The position numbers and the translations under genes were made by a program. Positions 38,504-50,304 of a stretch of 64,000 nt of DNA are shown one piece after another. The stretch spans positions 682,001-746,000 of the forward strand of contig JBBPEE010000035.1 in the NCBI GenBank assembly GCA_039096935.1. The letters run 5' to 3'. Source of the DNA: Blastocystis sp. ATCC 50177/Nand II (lineage: Eukaryota). The notes under the pieces are model-generated. The model saw nothing but the letters and a program-made list of their open reading frames with translations, had not been told where the DNA came from and made no database searches. Position 1 is the first letter of the stretch. Every line of letters begins with the position of its first letter.

Positions 38504-39092
38504 TTAACTATGAGGCTTCTCCTTCTTCTGGCGGAACAGAGCGAGCAGAGAGGTCTTGGACACGCACACGACCTTGAAACGGACTCCCGGAATATCACCC
38601 ACGGCGTGACCGGAACGGCCGAAACCGGCAATCAGCACCTCGTCGTTCTCATCCACGTAGTTCAGGCAACCATCACGAGGCACGAAGGCAGTGATCTTCT
38701 TGCCGTTCTTGATCAGCTGCACACGGACGCACTTACGAATGGCAGAGTTGGGCTGCTTGGCCTCCACACCGCTAGTGATTGAAATGATGAAGAAAGGACG
38801 TACACCTTCTCAAGGACAATGCCCTTCGCCATGGTCGCTCCACCGAGCACGTTGGCCTTAATCGAAGAAATGTTGTGGCCCTTCTTGTACTTCTACAGCG
38901 TCAATACCTTCATACAGGGATAACCTTATCAGCCCATCTCTCCTGGCGACGGACAACGCGAAGCTTGCGAGCAGCACGAATACCACAAGGTTTACTAAAA
39001 CCAGCGTTAGAAATCGCTCCCCCGACGAACGCGATCAACGGACAATCAAATCGAGCCGTTTTTGCTCTTCACTCCCCTTACCCTTTACCCAT
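38504..39092 (-). CDS. RPS23: 40S ribosomal protein uS12 (S23)
   Basis: [42 protein letters not shown]. Confidence 0.97.
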
Positions 39093-39244
39093 TCTACCGA
39101 AACTCGAATGATATGAAGAAGACGATTCTTTCTGTCCCAACTCAACTCCAGAATCAGCTCCACCCCTGGGTGTGATTGAGCTTGGCGTTAATACTGGGCT
39201 TTGAATGCAGGTCTCCCATTATTGCCTTTGTTGCTTTCAATAGA

Positions 39245-40457
39245 ATGAAGACTTGTTTGCTTGTTCTTGTGTGCGCCATCGCCGTAGAGGGTGTGGGAGG
39301 GGAGTGAGGGATAGTCCGCCACAATCGTCACTCTCACGCATACCAACTTTGACGCGGTTGTAAACGGCGAAAAGAACGTGATGGTGAAGTTTTATGCGCC
39401 CGTATTCCTTGTCGGCGTTGATCATGGCGTAGTGGTGTGGTCATTGCAAGAAACTGGCTCCGGAATATGAGCGCTTTGCGGATGCCTTCTCCAACGTGTA
39501 TGTCTTCTCTTGACCGTTCACGCATGCAGTGAGTCGCTTGTCGTCGCCGAGATTGATGCAGACGAAGAGGTGGACATTGCTGCGAAGTACGATATCCGCG
39601 GATATCCAACCATCAAGCTCTTCCCTCGCGGTAATCCCCAGCAGCCGATCGATTTCAAGGGGGAGCGGACGGCAGAGGGACTTGTCGAGTGGACGAACAA
39701 CCAGCTCCACACCAACGTGGTGATCAAGGGTCCGCCCACTCATGTCCGGACAATTCTGCCCGACGACATTGATGCGTTGATTCGCAATACGCCCTACGTG
39801 TTTTTGAAGCTTTACGCTCCGTGGTGCGGTCATTGCAAGGCGCTCGCCCCCATCTATTCGCAGCTGGCGGATCTCTTTTCGGAGGAGGAGAGCGTTGTCT
39901 TTTCGTATTTTGGTAATGCGTAGATTGTCTTTGGTGAATTGAATGCTGATCGCTATTCGGAGGTGGGCCGCCGTTTTACCATCCGCGGTTATCCAACCCT
40001 CATTGTCTTTCCCGTTGATTCTCCTGATGCCTAGTTCTTCGTGAATGGAAAGGCGGATTACTACCAGGGCCCTCGCGATGTGGATAGTTTGCTGCAGTAC
40101 GTGAACCAAATGACCGGAATGAAGCGTCTGAAGAACGGGGACATGGATAGCTCCTTCGGTCGCATTCCCGCGATTGACCGTCTCCTTGCCTCCTTCGACG
40201 CGTATAGCGAGAGCAATCTGGATGCGTTGAATAGGATGCTGGAGGGTGTTCCGGAGACTACTCCCGGGAAGAAGATGTACGTGTCCATCGCGAAGAAGCT
40301 GCGAGAGAAGGGAGAGAGTTATGTGAAGGAGGAGATGGAGCGCGTGGAGAGGTTCATCCGCAGTGAAACGATTCCCAAGAGCAAGAAGAGCTTCTTCCGA
40401 TTGAGGAGGAATGTGTTGAACGCTTTTCTGAAGGATAATGGGGAGAGTGAGTTGTAA
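39245..40457 (+). CDS. Protein disulfide isomerase (two WCGHC domains plus ERp29-like C-terminal domain; ERp38-type)
   Basis: Signal peptide; two APWCGHCK; C-terminal helical domain ending ESEL. Confidence 0.88.
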
Positions 40458-41010
40458 TCTTTTGTGTTTGTTTGAGAATGGGGAATGTGAGTTGTAATAT
40501 CTCATGTTTGTTTGAGAATGGGGAGAGAGTTGTATTCTCTTGTGTTTGTTTGAGAATGGGGAGAGTGAGTTGTATTCTCTTGTGTTTGTTTGAGAATGGG
40601 GAGAGTGAGTTGTATTCTCTTGTGTTTGTTTGAGAATGGGGGGAGAGTTGTATTCTCTTGTGTTTGATGGACAATGGGGGTAATGAGTTGTACTCTTTTG
40701 TGTTTGTTTGAGAATGGGGAGAGAGTTATATTCTCTTGTGTTTGTTTGAGAATGGGGAGAGAGTCGTATTCTCTTGTGTTTGTTTGAGAATGGGGAGAGT
40801 GAGTTGTATTCTCTTGTGTTTGTTTGAGAATGGGGGGAGAGTTGTATTCTCTTGTGTTTGTTTGAGAATGGGGAGAGTGAGTTGTACTCTTTTGTGTTTG
40901 TTTGAGAATGGAGAGAGTGAGTTGTATTCTCTTGTGTTTGTTTGAGAATGGGGAGAGTGAGTTGTAATTACTCACATTAGGCAGACAACTGTGAAAGTGA
41001 GTTGTAATAT
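40436..41010. repeat. ~40-bp tandem array (about 13-14 units) derived from the PDI 3' end; most units carry TGTTTGTT
   Basis: GAGAATGGGGAGAGTGAGTTGTATTCTCTTGTGTTTGTTT units. Confidence 0.92.
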
Positions 41011-41063
41011 CTCATGTTTGAGGCAAACACAATGCCATAGTACATCTATCAGTATATAAAAAG

Positions 41064-41890
41064 TCAATCAAAAACAGGCGTCTTCAAATCCATACAGTCG
41101 ATCATTTCCATGTCATCCCAGTTGTTGTTGCACTCAATCTCAAAGATGTGGGACGAGGAGTACGGAGATCTACGCATGATCGCCAACACGCACAGCACAC
41201 CTGAACATTTCAAAGGAATACTCATGCTCGCTGTGCAGCACGTCCTGCAAAACGCTAGAAGGAGGAACAACTACAGGAGTGGCTTTCACGACCACTCCTT
41301 CATTTCGGACTTCGGAAAATGGACGCAAAGAAAAGTTTGAAAACCCAGTGGGCGTGCTCGACGACGAGTCGCTGAAGGCAGTTGAAACCGGGGATGGGCT
41401 CATAGTGGTTCCTTTGCTGCTATCCTTTCTTGGGCGGTGGTGGCTACTCTCCTTCCTCGACCTCCCCTCGGGATAGCTACTCTTCGTGCTCATCTACACA
41501 TTCAGCCACGCCCCCTATCCCACGTTTTTGTTAATCTTCTGAAAGTACTTCTGCGCGTGTGTTCGGACTTGGACTAGGTTGCGCGTGGAGATCGAGAAGT
41601 GAGGATAGGAGAATGGTCATACCATGTTCGCGATTTTCTTCCAATCGTTTCCGTACTTCTGCAGTCCCTCCAGAAAGAGCTTGTGCTCACTTTCATCCCA
41701 ACGACCTGCTCCCCTCATGCTTCCCCAATATCCGCCTACCTATGTTTTCCCTGGGAATGACTGCGATTTCCCGGTCCTATCCGTAAGGGCGGCAATAAAC
41801 ACAGGAACCTGAAATACAGCCTTCTCGTCCTGCAACTTCGTCTGTCTACTCAATAATGGGAACTGCACACTTCCACCCGTCCGATTCCAT
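41064..41890 (-). CDS. SHAQKYF-class single-repeat Myb transcription factor (needs a GT-CG intron)
   Basis: GRWDESEHKLFLEGLQKYGNDWKKIANM|ISTRNLVQVRTHAQKYFQK. Confidence 0.8.
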
Positions 41891-42107
41891 CGATGAAGCC
41901 AAAACGCTCGATTAATGACTGTAATCATATTTGGGTCATTTAATAAAATGGGGCCGGCGTTCGGCGCGCATGCCGACGAGGCATTCCAGTCTCCACTTTG
42001 CTGTATTCATGCTGTTTTGGGTGCGTTCGGTGCTGAAAGGGTGATTTGGTGGTTATTGGAGGGAATTGTTCTTTTCAGGCTTTTACGCATTTCACTTTGC
42101 GAAGTTG

Positions 42108-43249
42108 ATGTCTATAGGTAGATGAATCACACCCCAGAGTTCTAGGCACATCGAGTGCCATTTGGAAGTGCAAACCCATCCATTGTCCAATTCACTTGCT
42201 TCTTCTCTATTGTGCTGTCTCTCTCCTCCTAGCACTTCTTTATTGGATGATTCACCTAATCCTCGTTGCGCCTCCTGTACTGTCTTCCAAGGAATCCCAA
42301 ACAAACGATATTGTTCTCGACAAGGTGATTAAGACGGCTTCGGACTCGCTGCGCATTCATCTCTTTGGAGCGTTTTCTGTGTCTCCTGTCTCTCAGTCAT
42401 AGCAGTGTAGACATCCAAAAGTACATTCCGTCTCTGTACACCACTCTCTGGGATTACTGCCTTCTGTACCGAAAGCCCTCTCTCGATTGCATTGTGATTC
42501 CGCAAGAAGGCGAATGTGGTTATCTTTTTGCGTTTTCCCCTGTAGCATCCGGCTCTCTTCTGGAAGCCTCCCTTTCTTCCGTATTCGTTCCCGACGTGCT
42601 CCCAAATGACTTAGTGTTGAAGGTGAACGAGGAGAGAAGAGGGAAGGGATTGCCCGTGATGGAGGTGTCCATTCATCACTATCATCATAAATAGTGCACT
42701 CCAATTCCTACACCCCGCTGGAGCGATTCAATCGCGCCGTTGGACTGGGAGAGTTCCCGCGTCCTCCACTTCAAGACGGTGTGCGTCGGTGGGACGTTTG
42801 ACCGCCTTCATCCGGGACATCGCATCCTCCTCACTCTAGCTTCACTGGTTTGCGATCATCTCGTGATTGGCGTCGTCTTGTGTGAGGAGTGTGAAGAGTA
42901 GCTTACGACCGATGAAATGCTGCAGAAGAAGGACAAACGCGAGCTGATACGGAGCTATGCCGACCGGAAGAGCGAATTAACTGCCTTCCTTTCCACGCAC
43001 GCTTCTTCTTCTCCTTTGATCGTAGCATCGCCCCCTCTCTTCAAATCGATGTCAACCCCCTTCACGATGTGTGTGGTCCTGCCATTGAACGCGCAGACAT
43101 TGAGGGAATCGTGGTGAGTTTGGAGACGCTCACAGGTGGCGAGCTGATCAACCAGAAGCGAGCGGAGAAGGGCATGAAGCCACTCACCATTCTCACTGTG
43201 AACCGCTCCTCCAAGTACAACCTCAGTTCCACCTTCATTCGTGAAATGT
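42108..43249 (+). CDS. Phosphopantetheine adenylyltransferase (eukaryotic CoaD/Cab4 type)
   Basis: TVCVGGTFDRLHPGHRILL; IVVSLETLTGGELINQKR; LSSTFIR. Confidence 0.82.
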
Positions 43250-43277
43250 CGTCTGTTTGGTCCAAACACGCTCTAAG

Positions 43278-46200
43278 TTACAACTCTAACGTCTGAATGG
43301 GAATGGCGTCCTCGTCGATGTCCTCCACGGGCTGTGTCGCCTGCACCTCTGGCTCGATCGGCTCTTCCTCCGTCTCTTCCGGCTCCTCGAACGCGTGCTG
43401 CGCAAAGCAGTCCGCCACCACCGCGAAGCCGTTCTCGCAGCCCACCATCTTCGTCTCATCACCTCCTCTCACACTCACCTTCTTCAAGAACTCCTCGTCG
43501 CTCAGCGGCTTTGTCTTCGTCACCGCGCACCCGCACTTTGGACAACCCTTCTCCTGCGTCGCCACGCAGTTCTTGTGGTACGAGTGTCCGCAGAGGAAGT
43601 GCAGCACCGGCAGCTCCAGCGGCAGCCCGCAGCCCACGCAACGCGTCTGGTGGAAGGCGAACACGCTGTCTTTCAATGTGGCAATGTCCTTCGCCAGTGC
43701 CTCGCCTTCTGATTGGAGGGTGGCTGTCTTTTCTTCGTCCTGTGAAGTGTAAGGATTTGCATGTTTTTCTTTGTCATTACTCATTTCAATTGTCATTTGT
43801 CAGTCATCACAATCATCACAGTTTTCACAATCATCACTGTTTTCACAATCATCACTGTTTTCACATAACTGTTTTCATACACTCATCACAATCACTGTTT
43901 TCACATCACTCATCACAATCACTGTTTTCACTCATCACAATCATCACTGTTTTCACATCACTGTTTTCACAATCATCACAATCACTGTTTTCACATCACT
44001 CATCACAATCATCACTGTTTTCACATCACTCATCACAATCACTGTTTTCACATCACTCATCACAATCACTGTTTTCACATCACTCATCACAATCATCACT
44101 GTTTTCACATCACTCATCACAATCATCACTGTTTTCACATCACTCATCACAATCACTGTTTTCACATCACTCATCACATCACATCAAAAGCACATTACAC
44201 TCATAAAGCACACACGTACACCTCTTCGCACAGCCGCCTCCTCCTGCAACGCCTCCAGCACCACGGCATTCACCCTCGCCGAACTCACTCGCCCCGAGTC
44301 GCACAGCATCTGCACCAGCTGCACCAGCGGTACACCCTTCCGCGCCTTCACCACATCCACCACCTTCTCCACCGCCTCCTCCGAGCCGCTCTCCAGCGTC
44401 TCCTGCAGCAGCACACGCCACAGCGAGTCGTCCTCCGCCTCCTTCTCGCACAGTGCGATCGCCTCGTCCAGCCGGTTCTGGTGCAGCAGGTGATGCAGCA
44501 GAATCGAGTGCATGTGCAGCTTCTCGTACAGGTACACCAGACCCGCCTCGCACCGATTCGCCTCCAGCAGGATCAGCGCCTGATCGTCCTCGTAGCACGC
44601 CTTCGGGTTCTGCAGCACCGCCATTACTTCTGATGTGTTCGTCATCTCTGAGTTGTTGGCAGCCTTCACCTCATCACCCTTAACAGCACTCACCTCATCA
44701 TCCTTAGCAATACTCACCTCATCACCCTTGACAGCACTCCCCTCATCACCCTTCAACGGATCGGAGAGATCATTCCGCAGCACCAACTCCAAATACGTGT
44801 TCCAAATCACCGGGTCCGTCGTGTCCTCCGCGATGCAGCTCTTCAAAAACGCCTTCAACTCCCGCGGGGCGTCGATGAAGCACGCCAGCGCCTTCTCCGC
44901 CGGCACGGGCTCCGCGCGCTGCGCCGAACACACCTCCTTCAGCATCGCCGTCGCCTCCGCCGGCGCGTTGTCCACCAGCTGCTTGCCGTACTGCGCCAAC
45001 ACCGCCGCCACCTCCACCGCCGGCAACTGCTTGATGTAGGCAATGGCCTCCGCGTAGGCGTGCAGCTGACCCAGCTGGATGGCGATGTACTTCGCGTGGA
45101 GGCGGTGCTGGGCGGCCAGGTACAATGCCTCGCGCGTGTATTCTGATGAGGCCAGTGCGTCGACCACCGCCGCCACGTTGAAGTGGGGGCCCAAGGATTG
45201 CTGGTATACGAAGGCCTGGATCTTGTCGTTGTCGTGCAGCTTGGCGTAGCTGTTCATGAGCAGCACCGTGTGGTCGCTGGAGGCGAAGCCGCGACGGTGC
45301 AGCTCCTCCAAGTACTGAATGAGGTAGTGAATGGAGGAGGCGTCCAGGTACTTGCGGATGATCAACGACGCGTCGATGCAGCCGATCGTCTCGATGTATC
45401 TACACGTCACGCGGTTGACGGAAAACGACTCGAAAACGGCCTCGTCCACCTTCTTGGCGGCATAGAGCGCGTTGCCGTACATGAAGTGAATGCTCTTCAT
45501 CTCCTTCTCGCTCAGCTCCCACACGCGGCCCAGCGCCAGCGCCTCCGAATAGAGCTGCCGCTCGTAGAGGATCTCCAGCCGCGTCTGCACGTCCTTCTCG
45601 CGCAGCAGGTAGACGACGTGGCCCTCCGTCATGAAGAAGAGAAGGCCCCACTCCACGAAGAAGAAGGAGAGCGACTCGGGGTTGCCGTTTCTACCGATCA
45701 GGAAGAGAGAGAAACAGAACCGAAGAACCTCCATCGAGAACTCCTCGCACTGGTTCTCCAGGTTGAACACGCTCAAATAGTGGTGGCCCCCCTCGGCGTG
45801 ATGCACCACCACGTCCTTGTTGAACGCGAACACCGCCTGGATGGCGTCGGGGAAGGCGTACGCGTCGCGCTGGCCCTCGGGCGTGAAGCCCACCAGCGTG
45901 CAGTCCCGCGCCACCAGGCATTGGCCGTGGAACAGGCACCCGCATTGCGGCGCCACGCCCGTGCCGTCCAGTGGGGTGAAGGTGACGGGCGTCTTGGCGT
46001 CTGCCGAGAAGGCGAAGGCACCGAAGGCGTCGGCACTGGCGGCGTAGACGGTGCAGGAGGCGTCGGCACTGGCAGCGTAGACGGTGCAGGAGGCGTCGGA
46101 CGCCGGGGCGACGAGGAGGAGGGTAATGGCGGAGGCGAAGGAAGGCGGGAAGGCAGAAAGAGCCACCTTTTTGGACCGGTGAATGTCGCCCTAGTTGTGA

Positions 46201-46867
46201 GAAGGAGGTGAGGAGGAGACATGGAAGAAGTAGACGGCGCCGCTCTGGCAGCCGAAGAGGAAGAGCAGCTGCTCCTCGTCCACCGTGAAGCAGCTGATCG
46301 TCTCCTCATCCAGCTTCTCGAAGAGAGGGATGGACCGGATGCACAGCGGCCTTCCCGCGGCGTCCATTTTGTCCAAGAGCCACAGCTTCAGCGTCGCCTC
46401 CTTCGCTCCGGCGGAATTCGCGAATGTGGGGGGGATGTACAAATCTTCCAGCATCCACTTGTATATCTCGTTGCTGCTCAGCGATGTGCGGAACCGGGCA
46501 GCCAGGTTCTTCGAGGCACTTGCATCCTCCTGCGAGCGGTGGTCCATTCCGTTGCCGATGGTGAGCAACATGTTCGTCTTTTTGAACTACGGTGAATGCG
46601 GAGAGGAGTCTCCACTTGATACACAAACTCCACGCTACTCTCATAGGCCATGAAGCGGTGAAGCGAGAACTCCTGGTTGCACAGAGTGACACCGCCCTCG
46701 GAGTCGCCAAACACGATGCTCCCTCTTCCAGAGGAAACGGATGTGATATCGAGTGCCTAGGCGTAACAAGTAATGGTGGAAATGGATACTTGAATGGCGT
46801 AGAGTGGAGAGCCCGGATCTGCCGATTGCAGCAGCTCTGCCGTGTAGAAGCCAAATTTTTTCCACAT
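43278..46867 (-). CDS. VPS11: Vacuolar protein sorting 11 (HOPS/CORVET)
   Basis: MWKKFGFY; LREKDVQTRLEIL; IIRKYLDASSI; SSDHTVLLMNSYAKL; C-terminal RING (CVGC..LELPVLHFLCGHSYHKNC..CPKC). Confidence 0.9.
43795..44185. repeat. 27-30-bp minisatellite filling a ~480-nt VPS11 intron
   Basis: CACTGTTTTCACATCACTCATCACAAT(CAT) units inside intron 43740-44219. Confidence 0.9.
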
Positions 46868-47099
46868 CGAAGTCTATATCTTAGCTGTAAGTAGGAGCCA
46901 CCACCTCTTTGATAATACACACAGTATTTGAGAAGATAGCCGAGTGTTTTGAGGGATATCCCAAGCCTTTCGATGGACGTTGTGAGAGGATTTGGTTTTC
47001 TGGGGGAATGGTACGTTTATGGGTTTAATGGATGTGCTCTTTGTGGAATATGGTATGAAAGTGAGGCGTATTTGGGGTAAACAGAGGTACATAAATGAC

Positions 47100-48331
47100 T
47101 CAGTTGAATTTGTTGTTCTGCGTGGTTTCGTTGTCTTTCTCTGTTTCGTCTTTATTCTCCTGTTCAATGTCATCTTTCTGTTTCATTGATGGCTCCTTCT
47201 TCTCCGTCACCACACTCTTCTCCTTCATTACTGGGTTTTCTTCCTTCATCAGTTCATTCTTCACATTCTCACTACTCTCCATCTCACTGCCCTTCATAAG
47301 CACTTCATCACTTTTCATCTCACTGCCCTTCATAAGCACTTCATCACTCTTCATCTCACTGCCCTTCATAAGCACTTCATCACTCTTCACTTCACCCCCC
47401 TTCACCACTCTATCCACAACATCCCACTTCACCGCCTTATTCACCGTCATGGCGTAGGACAACAACGTTCCCACTGTCGTCAGCGACACGATGCCCTCCA
47501 ACGGGAGGAAGAGCTGCACGCTGGGAATGCCCCACAGCGGACGGCACATGCCGAGAATGAATAGCACCATCTGCAGGGCAGTGTTCGTCTACATCGCACG
47601 CATTCCCCAATCCTACCTTTCCCAGCATGGAGGGCTTCACCTCCAGCGCCTTCACCATTGCCACCATCTGCTTCGGGGCTACGCCTCAATTCCGTTCTTG
47701 TTGCTCACATCGGTAGCCATGCTTCCAGGCAAGCGCGAAGAAGCCGAGACCCATGAGCACGTCCTTGCCGATGATGAGAGCGGCAACGGGCGCATGCACC
47801 AAACCCACATATCCCATGGAAGCAGCCAGACAGATCATGAGGGTCTTATCTGCGACGGGATCGATTAGTGTGCCAAGACGACTGCGCTGGTTGAAATGCC
47901 GAGCAACGTAGCCATCACAAAAATCCAGAACGCTAGCAAACGCGAACGCTGTGCGTCAATCCCGCACTCGATGCCTACTCACCAGACCCGGCATAAAGAG
48001 GCCCTTCACAGTCATATAGCCGATGGCGGGGGCCAGAAGAAAGCGAATCCCTGACATGATGTTGGGAACCGTGAGCACTCTATCGGTCAACTCCACCTCC
48101 TTCCGTCTATGGTGAATGCGACATGACGAGAAAACGATTTGGAGAAGGAGCGTACCTGCTGCACTCTCTGGAAGGCGTTGGGCAGTTGGAACGCGACACA
48201 ACACTGAGCATTAGCGAGCCGCACACAAATCTCACGACGACACGCGACGATGCGCCGGAATGATGCGTCAACGCAGCAGCACAGCGTAGTGAATTGGAAA
48301 CGACGAGCGGCCTCGAAATGCGCGATAACAT
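47100..48331 (-). CDS. CRLS1: Cardiolipin synthase-like CDP-alcohol phosphatidyltransferase with presequence-like N-terminus and repeat-rich tail
   Basis: LTVPNIMSGIR; DFCDGYVARHFNQRSRLGTLIDPVADK; EVKPSMLGK..NTALQ. Confidence 0.82.
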
Positions 48332-48430
48332 CTTTCCACGTTGTGTATTTGGCGAAAACGATGGGCAATCGAAAATAGAGCCTCTTTCTGGATTTCGTAT
48401 GGGATTCAAAAGGCGCCTTCCCAGTTTCGA

Positions 48431-49810
48431 ATGGACAAGACGCAGGAGCTGATATTAACCCCCGAAGAGCAGAAGAACACTCCTTCTGTTTTGAGGGGAA
48501 TGACGGAGGAGCAGGAGTTTGCATACCGCTGCTTCGCCTGCGAGCTCATTCGAGACGCGTCCATCATGATGGGGACGTAAGAATCGTTGCCTTAACTCAT
48601 GGCTAGCAGTCCCGTCGTTAGTGCCTCTGGGCAGATTATCTGCCATCGCTTTTACTATTTCTACTCCTTCCAGCAGTGCCACCCCTTTTTCGGTTCGTCA
48701 TGCTTCGCCTCCTTAACAATAGTTGCCATGGCCTGCTTCTTCATCGGCTCCAAGATCGAGGAGGAGCTGCAGCCCGTTCCCAGGACAGTGAAGGCGTTTT
48801 ACCAAATCTACCAGGAGCGAACGGGACAGCCCCTGACCCAGCTGACAGACACCGATCCAGTACTCTATTTTCCCATTTACTCCCTAGATCTATATTCGTT
48901 GGAGGAGCATCCTCTTCGGAACGGAGCAGCTCGTGCTCTCCGCCTTCGGCTACCATCTCTACGGCGTGGTAGACCATCCCCATCGCTACATCCTCTTCTT
49001 CATCAAAGTGGGCCCATTCATCTCCTGTACCCGCAGAAACTCGGATTCGGCTCCGTGCTCGCCCAGCGGGCCTGGAACATCCTCAACGACAGGTTCCCCT
49101 TCCCTCGCTCTCTCACCCCTAGCCAACAGCTCCCGCTCTGCGTCGCCTACAGCGCCAGCTCCATCGCCTGTGCCGCCATCTATCTGGCCGCCATGTTGCC
49201 CTCTGCCTCCCCCTTCACCCGCAGGTCGCTCGAGCTGCAGCTGCCCGCCGTGGAGTGGTGGGAGTTGTTTGACTGCTCCGCGGAGGAGATCCAGCAGATC
49301 ATTCACTCCATCGTGCAGCTGTACCAGCGAAATCGCATCGTGTGGCTGAGTGACGCGAGCGAGACGCACGGTCAGCGGTGTTCCTTCGTCTCCTTGGCGG
49401 ATTCGGAGGTGGTGTCTCCCGAAACGGAGGCCAAGCCTCTTGTGTAGGGGAAGGGGAGTGGTGTGAGGTGTAGTGTGGAGAGGAGGGGAATGAAAGCATT
49501 GGTGGAGGAGGAGTCTCGGAGTGATTCTCGTCGGTGTGGGGAGAGAAGTGGGGAGAGTGAAAGAAGTGATCGGAGGGAGAGAACAAGAAGTCGCTCACGT
49601 AGTGAGAGGGGAAGAAGTGGAGTGAGAGAAAGAAGTGGAGTGAGAGAAAGAAGTGGTGAGAGGGAAAGAAGTGGAGCGAGGGACAGAAATGACTCGAGAG
49701 AAAGAAGTGGTGAGAGGGACAGAAATGCTCAAAGGGACAGAACGAGGAGCCACAGACACCACTCTCATAGTCACAGGAGGAGCCATTCACGGCATCACCA
49801 TCATCACTAA
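48431..49810 (+). CDS. Cyclin L-like protein with C-terminal RS domain
   Basis: NTPSVLRGMTEEQEFAYRCFACELIR; GQIICHRFYY; SKIEEE; HPHRYI; RSRSRS tail. Confidence 0.8.
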
Positions 49811-49838
49811 CACTGTTTGTTTCACATTCCTATTGCAA

Positions 49839-50304
49839 ATGAGTTTCCTTGTCCGCGCTGCTGCACGGAGCGGTTCTCTCGGCGTTCAGATGGCAAGAAC
49901 GGTGCCTGCTTGCCAATGGCGGCTGTTCTCCACGGACGCGGAGGAGAAGATCGTAACTCCATTCCCTTGATTTGACTCGCAGAATAGACAAAAGATGCAG
50001 GATATGATGGTTGAGAAGCTGAAGAAACAAGCCGATGCCACCGTGGTGAAGATTAAGGACATTTCCTACGACGCCGGCTATCTGTAGGGATAGAATATTC
50101 TCTTCTCACCCATAGACTCGAGATGCTCGTCGTGTCGCCCAAGTTCCGTGGAATGAAGCTTATCCAACAGCACCGACTGATGAATAAGGTAGGAATGGGG
50201 TGTGAAGTTCAGCCTAGATCCTGTCGGACGAGCTCTCCATCCTTCACGGCATCACCTTCAAGTGCATGACTCCGGAGCAGTACGAGAAGATGGACGAGAA
50301 GTAG
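49839..50304 (+). CDS. BolA-family protein with presequence-like N-terminus (BOLA3-like)
   Basis: VKIKDIS..LEMLVVSPKFRGMKLIQQHRLMNKILSDELSILHGITF. Confidence 0.8.

Noticed and set aside
40436..41010. CRISPR-like array
   Set aside because: Units are contiguous with no unique spacers, derive from the PDI 3' end, and there are no cas genes; eukaryotic context
41110..41340. 76-aa plus-strand ORF
   Set aside because: Antisense to the 3' exons of the Myb gene
43771..44493. Hydrophobic repeat ORF (ITVFTSLIT)n and His-rich ORFs at 27705-27960
   Set aside because: Translations of intronic minisatellites
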